Assembly (NCBI GenBank): GCA_965203135.1
Contig: CBDBBO010000001.1
Span: 183,037 to 247,036 of the forward strand
Direction of reading: 5' to 3'
DNA from: Dehalococcoidia bacterium
Lineage (GTDB): Bacteria; Chloroflexota; Dehalococcoidia; Lucifugimonadales; CATOSD01
DNA: 64,000 nucleotides
Each line of letters starts with the position of its first letter. The first letter of the stretch is position 1. The position numbers were made by a program, and so were the translations under genes. Of this stretch, positions 46,832 to 55,892 are shown piece by piece. The notes under the pieces were generated by a model. It was given only the letters and a program-made list of their open reading frames with translations. It was not told the DNA's origin and did no database searches.

Positions 46832-48589
46832 ATGGAGAATGGCCGACCGTTGAGCGCCAGGAGCGTGGAGCAGCCCATAAGGTTCGAGCCCGAGGAGGCC
46901 TGCCCTCTGCCGGTCGCGCTGGTGGTGGGGTTCCAGGGCGCCGCGCTGGTGCTGGCGCCGACGGTGCTGAACGTTGCGATCGCGATACGCTCGTCGGGAC
47001 TGGATGACACGCATCTGACCTGGGGCGTGTTCGCCGCGATGCTGATTTGCGCGGCGCTCACCGCTTTCCAGGCGTTCCAGCTCCGGCGATTCGGCGCGGG
47101 CCACATCGTGCTCGCCTGGCCGGCGGCGATGTTCATCGCGATCATGGTGTCGGCGGTTTCCGCGGGCGGCCTGGAGACGTTCGCGAGCCTGATGGTCGTA
47201 TGCAGCCTGATCCAGGTCGCGCTCGCCTGGTGGCTACCGACGATGCGGCGGATTATCACGCCGACGGTCTCCGGCACCGTGACGATGCTGATCGCCGTCA
47301 GCGTGCTCCCCATCGCGTTCGACAGCGTTCAGGACCTGCCGTCCGGCGCCGATCCGGTGGCGGGTCCGGCAATCGCGGGCGTCACGCTGCTGGCGTCGGT
47401 TGTGGCGACGCTGCGCGCGAGCGGACGCTGGCGCCTGGTTGCGCCGTTCATCAGCATACTGGCCGGGTGCGCCGTCGCCGCCGCCTTTGGCGTGCTCGAC
47501 GGCGACCGGATCGCGAGCGCCGCCTGGTTCGGCATACCCGAGGTCCCGCCGCTGAGCCTCAACCTCACGCCGGGCGCGGAGTTCTGGGCGCTGCTGCCCT
47601 CGTTCGCGATTCTCACGCTGGTTCTCGGCATCAAGACTATCAGCGACGGCGTGATCATCCAGCAGGGTTCTCGCAGGCTGCCGCGGGCAATCGACTTCCG
47701 CAAGATACAGGGCATGGTGAGCGTCAACGGCATCGGGATGCTGCTCGGCGGAATCGCCGGCACGCTGCCCACGATGGCAAACGCTTCGTACAGCATATCG
47801 CTTATCAGCATGACCGGCGTCGCGGCCCGCCGGGTCGGGGTTGGCGTGGCGGTCGTCATCGTGACGCTGGCGCTCTTCTCCAAATTCACCGCGGTGCTGC
47901 TGTCGATTCCCGGGCCGGTGCTTGGCGCCTACCTGATGCTCGCCATGGGCATCCTGTTCGTCAGCGGGTGCCAGGCGGTGCTGCGCGACGGTCTCGACGC
48001 GCGGCGCATGCTGGTGGTCGCGCTCGCGAGCGCGCTGGGTCTGGGTCTGAACGGCCACCCCGTCGCGCAGGACCTGTTTGGCGAAGAGCTGGGCGCGCTG
48101 CTCGGCAACGGCGTCATGATCGGCGCCGCGGTCGCTATCGGCATGACGTTCCTGTTCGAGGCGATGAGCACGCGCCGGTCGCGCCTCGAGGTTAGGCTGG
48201 ACATGGCCTCGCTCCCGGCGATCGACGCGTTTCTCGCGGGGCTGGCGTCGAGGCTGTCGTGGAACGAGCCGTCCACGCTGCGGCTGCGGTCGGCGGGCGA
48301 GGAGACCCTGGCCAACCTGCTGTGGCAGGACGACGATGCCGGAGTCTCCGTCAGTCCGCGGCTGGTCATAGTCGCGCGGCCTCAGGAAAAGATGGTGGAG
48401 CTGGAGTTCGTCGCCACGACGCGCCAGGAAAACATCGAGGACCAGCTTGCGTATCTGACCGAAGAAGAGGCGCTGCCAACGCTGGAAGACCTGTCGCTGC
48501 GGCTGCTGCGCTACCACGCTTCCACCGTCCGCCACCAGAAGTTCCACGGCGTGGACATCGTGACGGTGCAGGTGGAGGGCAGCGGGTGA
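46832..48589 (+). CDS. NCS2 (xanthine/uracil permease)-like transporter with a C-terminal cytoplasmic domain
   Basis: About 12 predicted TM segments followed by a soluble tail of roughly 140 aa. The family call comes from overall sequence character only. Confidence 0.6.
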   Translation: MENGRPLSARSVEQPIRFEPEEACPLPVALVVGFQGAALVLAPTVLNVAIAIRSSGLDDTHLTWGVFAAMLICAALTAFQAFQLRRFGAGHIVLAWPAAMFIAIMVSAVSAGGLETFASLMVVCSLIQVALAWWLPTMRRIITPTVSGTVTMLIAVSVLPIAFDSVQDLPSGADPVAGPAIAGVTLLASVVATLRASGRWRLVAPFISILAGCAVAAAFGVLDGDRIASAAWFGIPEVPPLSLNLTPGAEFWALLPSFAILTLVLGIKTISDGVIIQQGSRRLPRAIDFRKIQGMVSVNGIGMLLGGIAGTLPTMANASYSISLISMTGVAARRVGVGVAVVIVTLALFSKFTAVLLSIPGPVLGAYLMLAMGILFVSGCQAVLRDGLDARRMLVVALASALGLGLNGHPVAQDLFGEELGALLGNGVMIGAAVAIGMTFLFEAMSTRRSRLEVRLDMASLPAIDAFLAGLASRLSWNEPSTLRLRSAGEETLANLLWQDDDAGVSVSPRLVIVARPQEKMVELEFVATTRQENIEDQLAYLTEEEALPTLEDLSLRLLRYHASTVRHQKFHGVDIVTVQVEGSG

Positions 48590-48607
48590 TTCGCCGCGCG
48601 CTGTCAA

Positions 48608-48647
48608 CCCTCACCCTAACCCTCTCCCAGTCTTGGGAGAGGGGACT
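48608..48647 (+). repeat. Family A hairpin repeat (variant with CTCTCCC/GGGAGAG stem)
   Basis: ccctcaccctaaccctctcccagtcttgggagaggggact. Confidence 0.8.
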
Positions 48648-48775
48648 GACGCCTCGCGCGGATAGCTATTCCCCATCGACTCTGAACTGTTGCAGTCACT
48701 TCTATTGAGTTGTAGCGTATCAACTCGTGTGATACAATACCTCCATGCGTCGCGAGCGGCGCTCAGGAGGATAAC

Positions 48776-51220
48776 ATGTCGATGCGTCCCGAGAGGTTTA
48801 CGGAACAGGCGCGCGAGGTGCTGGGCAGGTCGCAGGAGATACTGCGGCGCTACAGGCACACGCAGTGGGAGAGCGAGCACGTGCTGCTGGCGCTGCTGGA
48901 GCAGGAGGGCGGCGTGGCCGCCGACGTTCTGGCGGACATCGGCGTATCCGTCGCCGAGCTTCGCGCCGCGCTGGAGTCCCGGCTCGTCCAGTGGCCGACC
49001 TTCCAGCGCGACGCCAGCCAGATCTTCGCGTCGCCCAGGGTGACGGAGATGCTGGCCCGCGCCGACGCGGAGTCGCGGCGCTTCAAGGACGAGTACATAG
49101 GCGCCGAGCATCTGCTGCTGGCGCTGGCGCAGGACGAGGCGGGAGGCGTGGCGCAGTCGGTGCTGCGGCAGTTCGGAGTCGACCAGGAGAGCGTCTATCG
49201 CTCGCTCCAGGCGGTTCGCGGCAGCAACAGGATCACCGACCCCAAGTCGGAGGAGCGCTACCGCTCGCTCGAGCGCTACAGTGTGGACCTGACCGAGCTC
49301 GCGGAAGAGGGCAAGCTCGATCCGGTGATCGGGCGGGACACCGAGATCGCGCGCGCGATGCAGACGCTCATCCGGCGCACGAAGAACAACCCCGTGCTCA
49401 TAGGCGGCGCGGGCGTGGGCAAGACCGCCATCGCCGAGGGACTGGCGCAGGCCATCGCGTCCGGCAACGTGCCGGACGAACTGAAGGAGAGGCATCTGCT
49501 CGCGCTGGACATGGGCGCGCTGGTGGCCGGCGCGAAGTTTCGCGGCGAGTTCGAGGAGCGGCTCAAGGCGGTCATGGACGAGGTGCGCCAAGCGGAAGGG
49601 GAGGTCATCCTCTTCATCGACGAGATACACACCGTCGTAGGCGCGGGCGCGGCAGAGGGCGCGCTGGACGCCAGCAACATGCTGAAGCCGGCGCTGGCGC
49701 GCGGCGAGCTCCAGTGCCTGGGGGCGACGACGGTGGAGGGATACACCCGCAACATCGAGAAGGACGCCGCGCTGGAGCGCCGCTTCCAGCCCATCCTCGT
49801 GGAGGAGCCGGACACCGAGACCGCGCTGGAGATGCTGCGCTCGCTGCGCCCCAGGTACGAGGCGCACCACAAGGTCGAGATCGAGGACGCGGCGCTGGAG
49901 GCCGCGGTGCGGCTGAGCAGCCGGTACGTGACCGAGCGGCTTCTGCCCGACAAGGCGGTGGACCTGATAGACGAGGCGGCGAGCAAGGTGCGCATCGGAG
50001 TCCCAGATGCTGTCGCCGGAGCTACAGGAAGAGAGCGTCGCGGCTGCGGCGGCTGGAGGACGAGGAGCAGGCGGCGTCGCAGTGCGCGGAGTACCAGAAG
50101 GCCGCCGAGCTCCGCGCGGAACGGCTCAGGCTCCAGGAGGAGTTCGAGCGCGCGCTGGTGGAGTCGGGCAGGGACGCGGACGGCGGCAAGACCGTGGACG
50201 CGGCGGCGATTGGCGCGCTGGTTTCCACCTGGACGGGCGTGCCGGTGGACAGGCTGCTAGAGAGCGAGGCCGACAAGCTGGTCCACATGGAGGAGCGGCT
50301 GCACGAGCGCGTCATCGGGCAGGACGCCGGCATCTCGGCCGGTGTCCGACGCCATACGCCGCGCCAGGGCGGGCCTGAGCGACCCCGACCGCCCGTACGG
50401 CAGCTTCATTTTCCTGGGGCCGACCGGCGTCGGCAAGACGGAGCTTGCGCGCGCGCTGGCCGAGTACCTGTTCGACGACGAGGCCAACATGGTGCGCATA
50501 GACATGTCCGAGTACATGGAAAAGCACACCGTCTCCAGGCTAATCGGCGCGCCGCCCGGCTACGTCGGCTACGACGAGGGCGGACAGCTCACCGAGGCGG
50601 TGAGGCGGCGTCCCTACAGGCTGGTGCTGTTCGACGAGATCGAGAAGGCGCACCCGGACGTGTTCAACGTGCTGCTCCAGATCCTGGAGGACGGTCGGTT
50701 GACCGACGGACACGGCAGGACCGTCGACTTCCGCAACACGCTCGTGATAATGACGAGCAACCTGGGAACGGCGCAGCTCGGGCGTCCCACGGCCGGTTTC
50801 GTGCGCGACGACGGCGCCGCACCGCGGCTGCGGGCGTCCATCGAGGACGCGCTGAGAAAGGCGTTCCGGCCGGAGTTCCTGAACCGCATCGACGACATAG
50901 TAGTCTTCGATCCGCTGACCCAGGAGCAGATACTCCAGATCGTGGACCTGATGCTGGCGGACGTGGCCGCACGGCTGGCCGAGCGCGGCGTCGGCATCGA
51001 GTTGACGGACGAGGCGAGGCGCTGGCTGGCGGACAAGGGCTACGACCCCGTCTACGGGGCGAGGCCGCTGCGCCGGGCGGTGCAGCGGTACGTGGAGAAC
51101 GCGCTGGCGATGAAGGTGATTTCGGGCGAGTTCGCCGAGGGCGACACCGTGGTGGTGGACGTGGACGGCGACGACCTGGGATTCCGCGAGCATCGGGAGA
51201 GGGTGGCCGTGCCGGCGTAG
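48776..51220 (+). pseudogene. Clp/Hsp100 AAA+ chaperone (ClpC-length middle domain, ClpB-like N-terminus) interrupted by three +1 frameshifts
   Basis: NBD1 ([13 protein letters not shown]) is in the frame of 48776. The segment [14 protein letters not shown] is in the frame of 50007. LRRLEDEEQ...[40 protein letters not shown] is in the frame of 48865. [12 protein letters not shown]...[11 protein letters not shown] (NBD2) is back in the first frame from 50342. Confidence 0.8.
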
Positions 51221-51236
51221 GGTCCGGGCGGGCGCG

Positions 51237-52454
51237 TCAGATTATCGCGCCCGCCTCCTTCATGGCCGTGATGTCGTCCCAGCCGTAGCCCAGCTCCAGC
51301 AGCCTGGACTCGGTGTGCTGGCCCAGCTCCGGCGCGGGCCGCGTGGGGCGAGCGGGCGTGCGGTGAAAGCCCATCGGCGCGCTGATCACCTCGAACTCGC
51401 CCTCATCGTCGTGCGTCAGGGCGGCGGTGTAGCCGTTGGCCCTCACCTGCGGGTCGTCGGCCACCTCGTCGAGCGTCTGCACCGGCGACCAGATGCAACC
51501 CTCGGCGTCGAGCCGCGCGGCCCACTCCGCCCTGGCGCGGGTGCGGAATCGCTCCCTCAGCAGCGCCGTCAGCTCGACGGTGTTGTCCATGCGGCGGAAG
51601 TGGTCGCTGTAGCGGGGGTCGTGGGTCAGCTCCTCGATCCCTACCGCCCGGCAGAATCCGTCCCAGAAGCGCTCGGACTCTATCATAACGAGCTGCATCC
51701 ACCTGCCGTCGGCCGCCTCGTAGAAGTTGAACAGCGGATTGCCGGACCGGTCGCGGCGGTTGCGCTGCGTGGGCCGGCGCTCTCGCAGGGCGGCCACCGC
51801 GTCGGCGCCGATGACCCACAGGCCGGTGTGGAGCAGCGCGCAGTCGATGCGCTGGCCCTCGCCGGATCGCTCGCGCTCGAACAGGGCCATGCCTATGGCC
51901 GCGGTCATGGCGAGGGAGGTGGTCTGGTCGCCCATGCCCGGTCGCTGTTGCACCGGCGGCTCCCCGTCCTCGCCCAGCGTGCCCATGATGCCGGACCGCG
52001 CCCAGAAGGCGGCGTAGTCGAACCCGGAGCGGTCCCGCTCGGGGCCTTCCATGCCGTAGCCGGTGAGCGCGACGTAGACTATGCGCGGATTGGAGGGGCG
52101 GAGGTCGTCGTAGCGCAGGCCGTAGCGCTCCTGGCGATGCGGCGTCAGGTTGGTTACCATCACGTCGCTCTGGGCGGCCAGCTTGCGCACCGCCTCCTGG
52201 CCCAGCGGGTGGCGCAGATTGATGCCCATGCTGCTCTTGCCGCGGTTGAGTAGCTGAAAGCCCGTGTTCAGGCCTCCATCGCTTGGGATGATGCCCCGCG
52301 TCGCGATGGCGATGTTGCGGACGGCGTCCCCGGTCTCGGGGTGCTCGACCTTCACGACGTCCGCGCCCATGTCGGCGAGCATGGCGCAAGCGGAGGGGGC
52401 TGCGACCCAGTTGGCGACTTCCAGCACCTTGATGCCGTCGAGCAGTCCGGGCAT
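51237..52454 (-). CDS. CaiB/BaiF family (class III) CoA-transferase
   Basis: MPGLLDGIKVLEVANWVAAPSACAMLADMGADVVKVE is a typical N-terminus. GGAGG RBS precedes ATG 52454. The 695-aa track ORF has a spurious N-terminal extension. Confidence 0.9.
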   Translation of the reverse strand: MPGLLDGIKVLEVANWVAAPSACAMLADMGADVVKVEHPETGDAVRNIAIATRGIIPSDGGLNTGFQLLNRGKSSMGINLRHPLGQEAVRKLAAQSDVMVTNLTPHRQERYGLRYDDLRPSNPRIVYVALTGYGMEGPERDRSGFDYAAFWARSGIMGTLGEDGEPPVQQRPGMGDQTTSLAMTAAIGMALFERERSGEGQRIDCALLHTGLWVIGADAVAALRERRPTQRNRRDRSGNPLFNFYEAADGRWMQLVMIESERFWDGFCRAVGIEELTHDPRYSDHFRRMDNTVELTALLRERFRTRARAEWAARLDAEGCIWSPVQTLDEVADDPQVRANGYTAALTHDDEGEFEVISAPMGFHRTPARPTRPAPELGQHTESRLLELGYGWDDITAMKEAGAII

Positions 52455-52638
52455 TGGGAAACCTCCGTGGGTGGGATGTGGGATTGGAGCGCGGGGGCGC
52501 AGGGCTAGGTTATGAAGTGGACTGCGGCGTGTCAAGAAGTTTCCAATGGCCGCGTTCGGCTTGCCGGACACTCGGCCTTGCCATATAATTGACGCCGCGT
52601 CGCCCCACGGCGCACACCACCACGGAGGACACGCGGCT

Positions 52639-52824
52639 ATGGACAAGAAGACGGACGGCAAGCGCGGGCTATCTCGCAGGGACTTCCTCAAGGGCCTGCC
52701 CCTGGGCATCGCGGGCGCGCTGGCCGTTGGCTCGCTGCTGCCCAAGGTGATCCGCAGGGGCCGCCGGTCCGAGCTGCCGCCCGACTCCATCTTCACCCCC
52801 GCCGACGGCTCCGACGCCACGTAG
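52639..52824 (+). CDS. Small Tat-signal protein (61 aa)
   Basis: MDKKTDGKRGLSRRDFLKGLPLGIAGALAVG contains the twin-arginine motif SRRDFLKG. GGAGGA RBS precedes ATG 52639. Confidence 0.5.
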   Translation: MDKKTDGKRGLSRRDFLKGLPLGIAGALAVGSLLPKVIRRGRRSELPPDSIFTPADGSDAT

Positions 52825-52830
52825 GGGGGC

Positions 52831-53439
52831 CTATAGGCTGGCGGCGAGCCACTCCACCAGCAACGCCACCACCTCACCGCGAGCCTCACGCAGGCTGTGC
52901 GACGCTCCCCGCATGAACCGCAGCTCCTTGGGCTGGCGCGCCCACGAGTAGATCTGCTCCGAGCAGTAGGGCGCCAGCCGCTCGTCCTCCGTGCCGTGTA
53001 CCAGCAGCAGCGGCCTGGGGCTGACGAGGTCCGCTCTCGCGGCGCCGTAGGTCTGGCTCGCGAGCGCCGCCGCCGCGACGACGCGCTCGCTGCGGGGCGC
53101 GGCGGATATGACCACCGCACCGCTGAACGAGTGGCCCACCATCGCGACCCGCTCGATTCCCTCGCTCTCGAGCCGGCCGACCGAGGCCAGGGCATCTTCG
53201 ACGCACCCGGGCAGCTCGTAGGGCGCGCGGTAGCGCAGCAGCAGGGAGGACACGCCGCGCCCCAGCAGCGCATGGGCAACGTCCGCGGGAAGGCCGGCAG
53301 GGGACTCGCTGTCGCGCCATCCACCGGCCCAGAGCACGGCGCGGTCGCTGTCGGGGCAACCGAACAGCAGCGCCATTGTTTCGTCGTTCGTACCGGGGAT
53401 GATAACGTCGACAGGAAGCTCGGTTTCTCTGCGAGGCAT
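52831..53439 (-). CDS. Alpha/beta hydrolase (dienelactone hydrolase-like)
   Basis: 202 aa. Nucleophile elbow GHSFSG and a later His in LVHGTEDE. Confidence 0.75.
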   Translation of the reverse strand: MPRRETELPVDVIIPGTNDETMALLFGCPDSDRAVLWAGGWRDSESPAGLPADVAHALLGRGVSSLLLRYRAPYELPGCVEDALASVGRLESEGIERVAMVGHSFSGAVVISAAPRSERVVAAAALASQTYGAARADLVSPRPLLLVHGTEDERLAPYCSEQIYSWARQPKELRFMRGASHSLREARGEVVALLVEWLAASL

Positions 53440-53454
53440 CGGCGGTTTGACGAG

Positions 53455-54177
53455 CTAACAACTGGTCAGATAAATGGTTCGGAGAGAGTCCTCTTCATCT
53501 CCCGGAATTGCTCCCCACAAAGACAGCTGCACCTCCTCGGGATGGAATAGCCAGTCCTTGGTGTAGGGGGCTTCGACGTCAAACGAGTCGAGAGTGTTTT
53601 CGAACTTGGTCGCTACGATGTCTCTTTCGTCCAATGGATCTGTCCACTCCCAACCCGGCTCCAGTGGCTTGAGTATTGACGCAATCGGACTGTAAGTGAT
53701 AACGAGGCCTGTTAGCGATTTCTCCGACTCATGGTAGAGGTTGATCGCTGGTTCAGGGCCACTACCTTCATCCACAAACTCAGCTCCATTTTGCAGAGAT
53801 CCTGACAAGCTGAGTACGCCGTTGCAGACAACTGGCTCTTGGGTGAACACGACATATCTATCACTGTACCGCCATTCGTCGGCTTGTGAATTGTCGTCGG
53901 GATATGACGGGGGCTGTGGCGCAAGAGTCGGAGTGGGTCTAGGCTGCGGAGAGTTACTGACATCCGAACTCGGCGTGGCATTCTCGACATTCGTAGGAGA
54001 GGACGCTCGCCAAGCGTCGCTGCGAGGCTCGCAGCCGCATGCCAACATGCCCAGCGCCAGCATTAGAATCAGTCCCGTTGCTCTGAACAAAAGGAACCTC
54101 CATGACCTCGGCGCGCAATCGACCACTTCGAGATTGTCGGCTCTAACGCCAGCGTCCGATCTGTCACCCACCGTCAC
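53455..54177 (-). CDS. Hypothetical lipoprotein
   Basis: 240 aa. Hydrophobic leader with LGMLACGC lipobox and a Pro-rich linker. No recognisable family. AT-richer than flanks. Confidence 0.5.
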   Translation of the reverse strand: MTVGDRSDAGVRADNLEVVDCAPRSWRFLLFRATGLILMLALGMLACGCEPRSDAWRASSPTNVENATPSSDVSNSPQPRPTPTLAPQPPSYPDDNSQADEWRYSDRYVVFTQEPVVCNGVLSLSGSLQNGAEFVDEGSGPEPAINLYHESEKSLTGLVITYSPIASILKPLEPGWEWTDPLDERDIVATKFENTLDSFDVEAPYTKDWLFHPEEVQLSLWGAIPGDEEDSLRTIYLTSC

Positions 54178-54380
54178 CCGAACAGCATCGGCGGGTCCTC
54201 TTCCAGCACCTCGGCCTCGCAGGACTCGCTGATGCGCTGCCAGGTCTCACGCTGTTCGTCCCTCAGGTAGACGAGGTAGCCCTCGGCCTCGCGCGAGTAG
54301 TCGATGCCCGACTCTTCGAGCGCGTCCATGAAGGCCATGCGAAGCTCGAACGGCGGCGGCTTGACCAGGTAGGTGGGCAT
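54174..54380 (-). CDS. Hypothetical small acidic protein
   Basis: 68 aa ORF. 4-nt overlap (ATGA) with the downstream lipoprotein gene. Confidence 0.4.
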   Translation of the reverse strand: MPTYLVKPPPFELRMAFMDALEESGIDYSREAEGYLVYLRDEQRETWQRISESCEAEVLEEDPPMLFG

Positions 54381-54394
54381 ACAGTTGGCCTCCT

Positions 54395-54435
54395 CACCCC
54401 CATCCTAACCTTCCCCCTGCGAGGGGGAAGGGACT
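54395..54435 (+). repeat. Family A hairpin repeat
   Basis: cacccccatcctaaccttccccctgcgagggggaagggact. Confidence 0.9.
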
Positions 54436-54459
54436 TTGCGGGGTCGGGCAGGCACTCTA

Positions 54460-54483
54460 GATTCCTCGGCTACGCTCGGAATG
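54460..54483 (-). repeat. Family C repeat copy
   Basis: gattcctcggctacgctcggaatg. Confidence 0.8.
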
Positions 54484-54514
54484 GCATGACGGCGCGAGGG
54501 GGAAGGGACCTTTC

Positions 54515-54554
54515 ACCCTCACCCTGCCCCTCTCCCATCAAGGGAGAGGGGACC
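54515..54554 (+). repeat. Family A hairpin repeat (variant), preceded by a half copy at 54495-54510
   Basis: caccctcaccctgcccctctcccatcaagggagaggggac. Confidence 0.8.
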
Positions 54555-54556
54555 CT

Positions 54557-55690
54557 TTAGAGCTCCAGCAGCCTCGCCATGCGCGCCTTGTGGTACTGCG
54601 CGTCGCCCAGGTAGTGCTGGAGCGTGCGCGCGCGCTTGGTGTACTGCGTGAGGCCGTACTCGAGGTCGGTGCCTATGCCGCCGTGCACGTGGTGGGAGGC
54701 GTCGCAGGCGCGGGGGAAGCCGACGCTGACGATGGACTTGGCCATGGACACGCTCACCGGCGCGCTGGGCATACCCTCGTCGAGCTGCCACAGCGCCTCG
54801 AACGCGGACCACTTGGCGGAATCGGCGTCGTTGAGGGCGTCGATGACGTGGTCCTGCACGCGCTGGAAGGTGCCGATGGGCACGCCGAACGCGATGCGCG
54901 TCTGGCTATACTCGCGCGCCATGTCGTAGACGCGCTGGGTGCCGCCCGCCATGAACACCGAGATGAGCGCGGTGCCCCTGTCCCGGGCCGCCTCGACCGC
55001 CGGCCACGCGCCGCCGATCTCGCCCAGCGCGTTGGAGGCGGGGACCTCGACGTTGTCGAAGTTCACCTCGCACACCTTGGGGCCTATCCAGCCGGTCTGG
55101 ACGCGCACGGACACGCCGGGGGAGTTTCTGTCTACCACGAACATGCTGATGCCGTCCTCGCCGGCGCCCTCGGAGGTGCGCGCGACGACGATCATCTGGT
55201 CGCACACGTTGGCGTCGGGGATGAACAGCTTGGCGCCGTTGAGCACGTAGTTGCCGTCCCGCTTGGTCGCGGGAAGCTGCACCACGCCGGGGCCCCAGCC
55301 GTAGTCCGGCTCGGTGTAGGCGAAGGCGAATATCTGTTGGCCGGAGGCGATGGCGGGCAGCATGGACTCCTTCTGCGCGCTGCTGCCGGCCTCCTGGATG
55401 GCGTGGGCGGCGAGCACCGCCGAGGAGTGGTGGGGGCTGGGGCAGGCGTAGTAGCCCATCATCTCGTAGACCACGCCCATGTCCGTGTAGGAGTTGCCGG
55501 AGCCGCCGTACTCCTCGGGGATGAGCATACCGGCGTAACCCAGCTCGGCTATCTGCTGCCAGATGTCGCTCGCGAAGCCCGACTCGCTGTCGTCGATTTC
55601 GAGCACCCTGGACTTGGGCATCTCGGCTTCCAGGAACTCGCGAGTCGAGTTCTGGAGCAGATTCTGGATTTCGGTAAGGGTCAGGTCCAT
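54557..55690 (-). CDS. Acyl-CoA dehydrogenase
   Basis: MDLTLTEIQNLLQNSTREFLE start after AGGAGG. C-terminal GGIGTDLEYGLTQYTKRA is typical of the family. Confidence 0.9.
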   Translation of the reverse strand: MDLTLTEIQNLLQNSTREFLEAEMPKSRVLEIDDSESGFASDIWQQIAELGYAGMLIPEEYGGSGNSYTDMGVVYEMMGYYACPSPHHSSAVLAAHAIQEAGSSAQKESMLPAIASGQQIFAFAYTEPDYGWGPGVVQLPATKRDGNYVLNGAKLFIPDANVCDQMIVVARTSEGAGEDGISMFVVDRNSPGVSVRVQTGWIGPKVCEVNFDNVEVPASNALGEIGGAWPAVEAARDRGTALISVFMAGGTQRVYDMAREYSQTRIAFGVPIGTFQRVQDHVIDALNDADSAKWSAFEALWQLDEGMPSAPVSVSMAKSIVSVGFPRACDASHHVHGGIGTDLEYGLTQYTKRARTLQHYLGDAQYHKARMARLLEL

Positions 55691-55892
55691 CGATAGCCTC
55701 CTGGGTTCATGCCGGGCCTTCCGGCGCGCGTCCTTGGCGTGTTTCGGGGCGCCGGGCGTCAGCAGCCCGCGCCGCACAGATTATATCCCGTACAGCCTCG
55801 CGCGCGCCACCGGCGCTCCACTTGAGAGAAGTGCGAAACGGCGCTCTCCGCCGGTCGAAGCGATTTCGGCGTGCTGAACCCGGAAGCTCGTG

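Noticed and set aside
48865-51288. The 807-aa ORF in the second frame of the Clp gene, considered as a separate gene.
   Set aside because: Only residues encoded by about 50044-50340 are genuine Clp sequence. The rest is a GC-rich shadow frame. It is explained by the frameshifted Clp gene.
51237-53324. The 695-aa ORF suggests a giant CoA-transferase fusion.
   Set aside because: Only the C-terminal 405 aa are CoA-transferase. They start at ATG 52454 with a GGAGG RBS. The upstream 290 aa are an Arg/Pro-rich shadow frame overlapping the Tat-protein and hydrolase genes.
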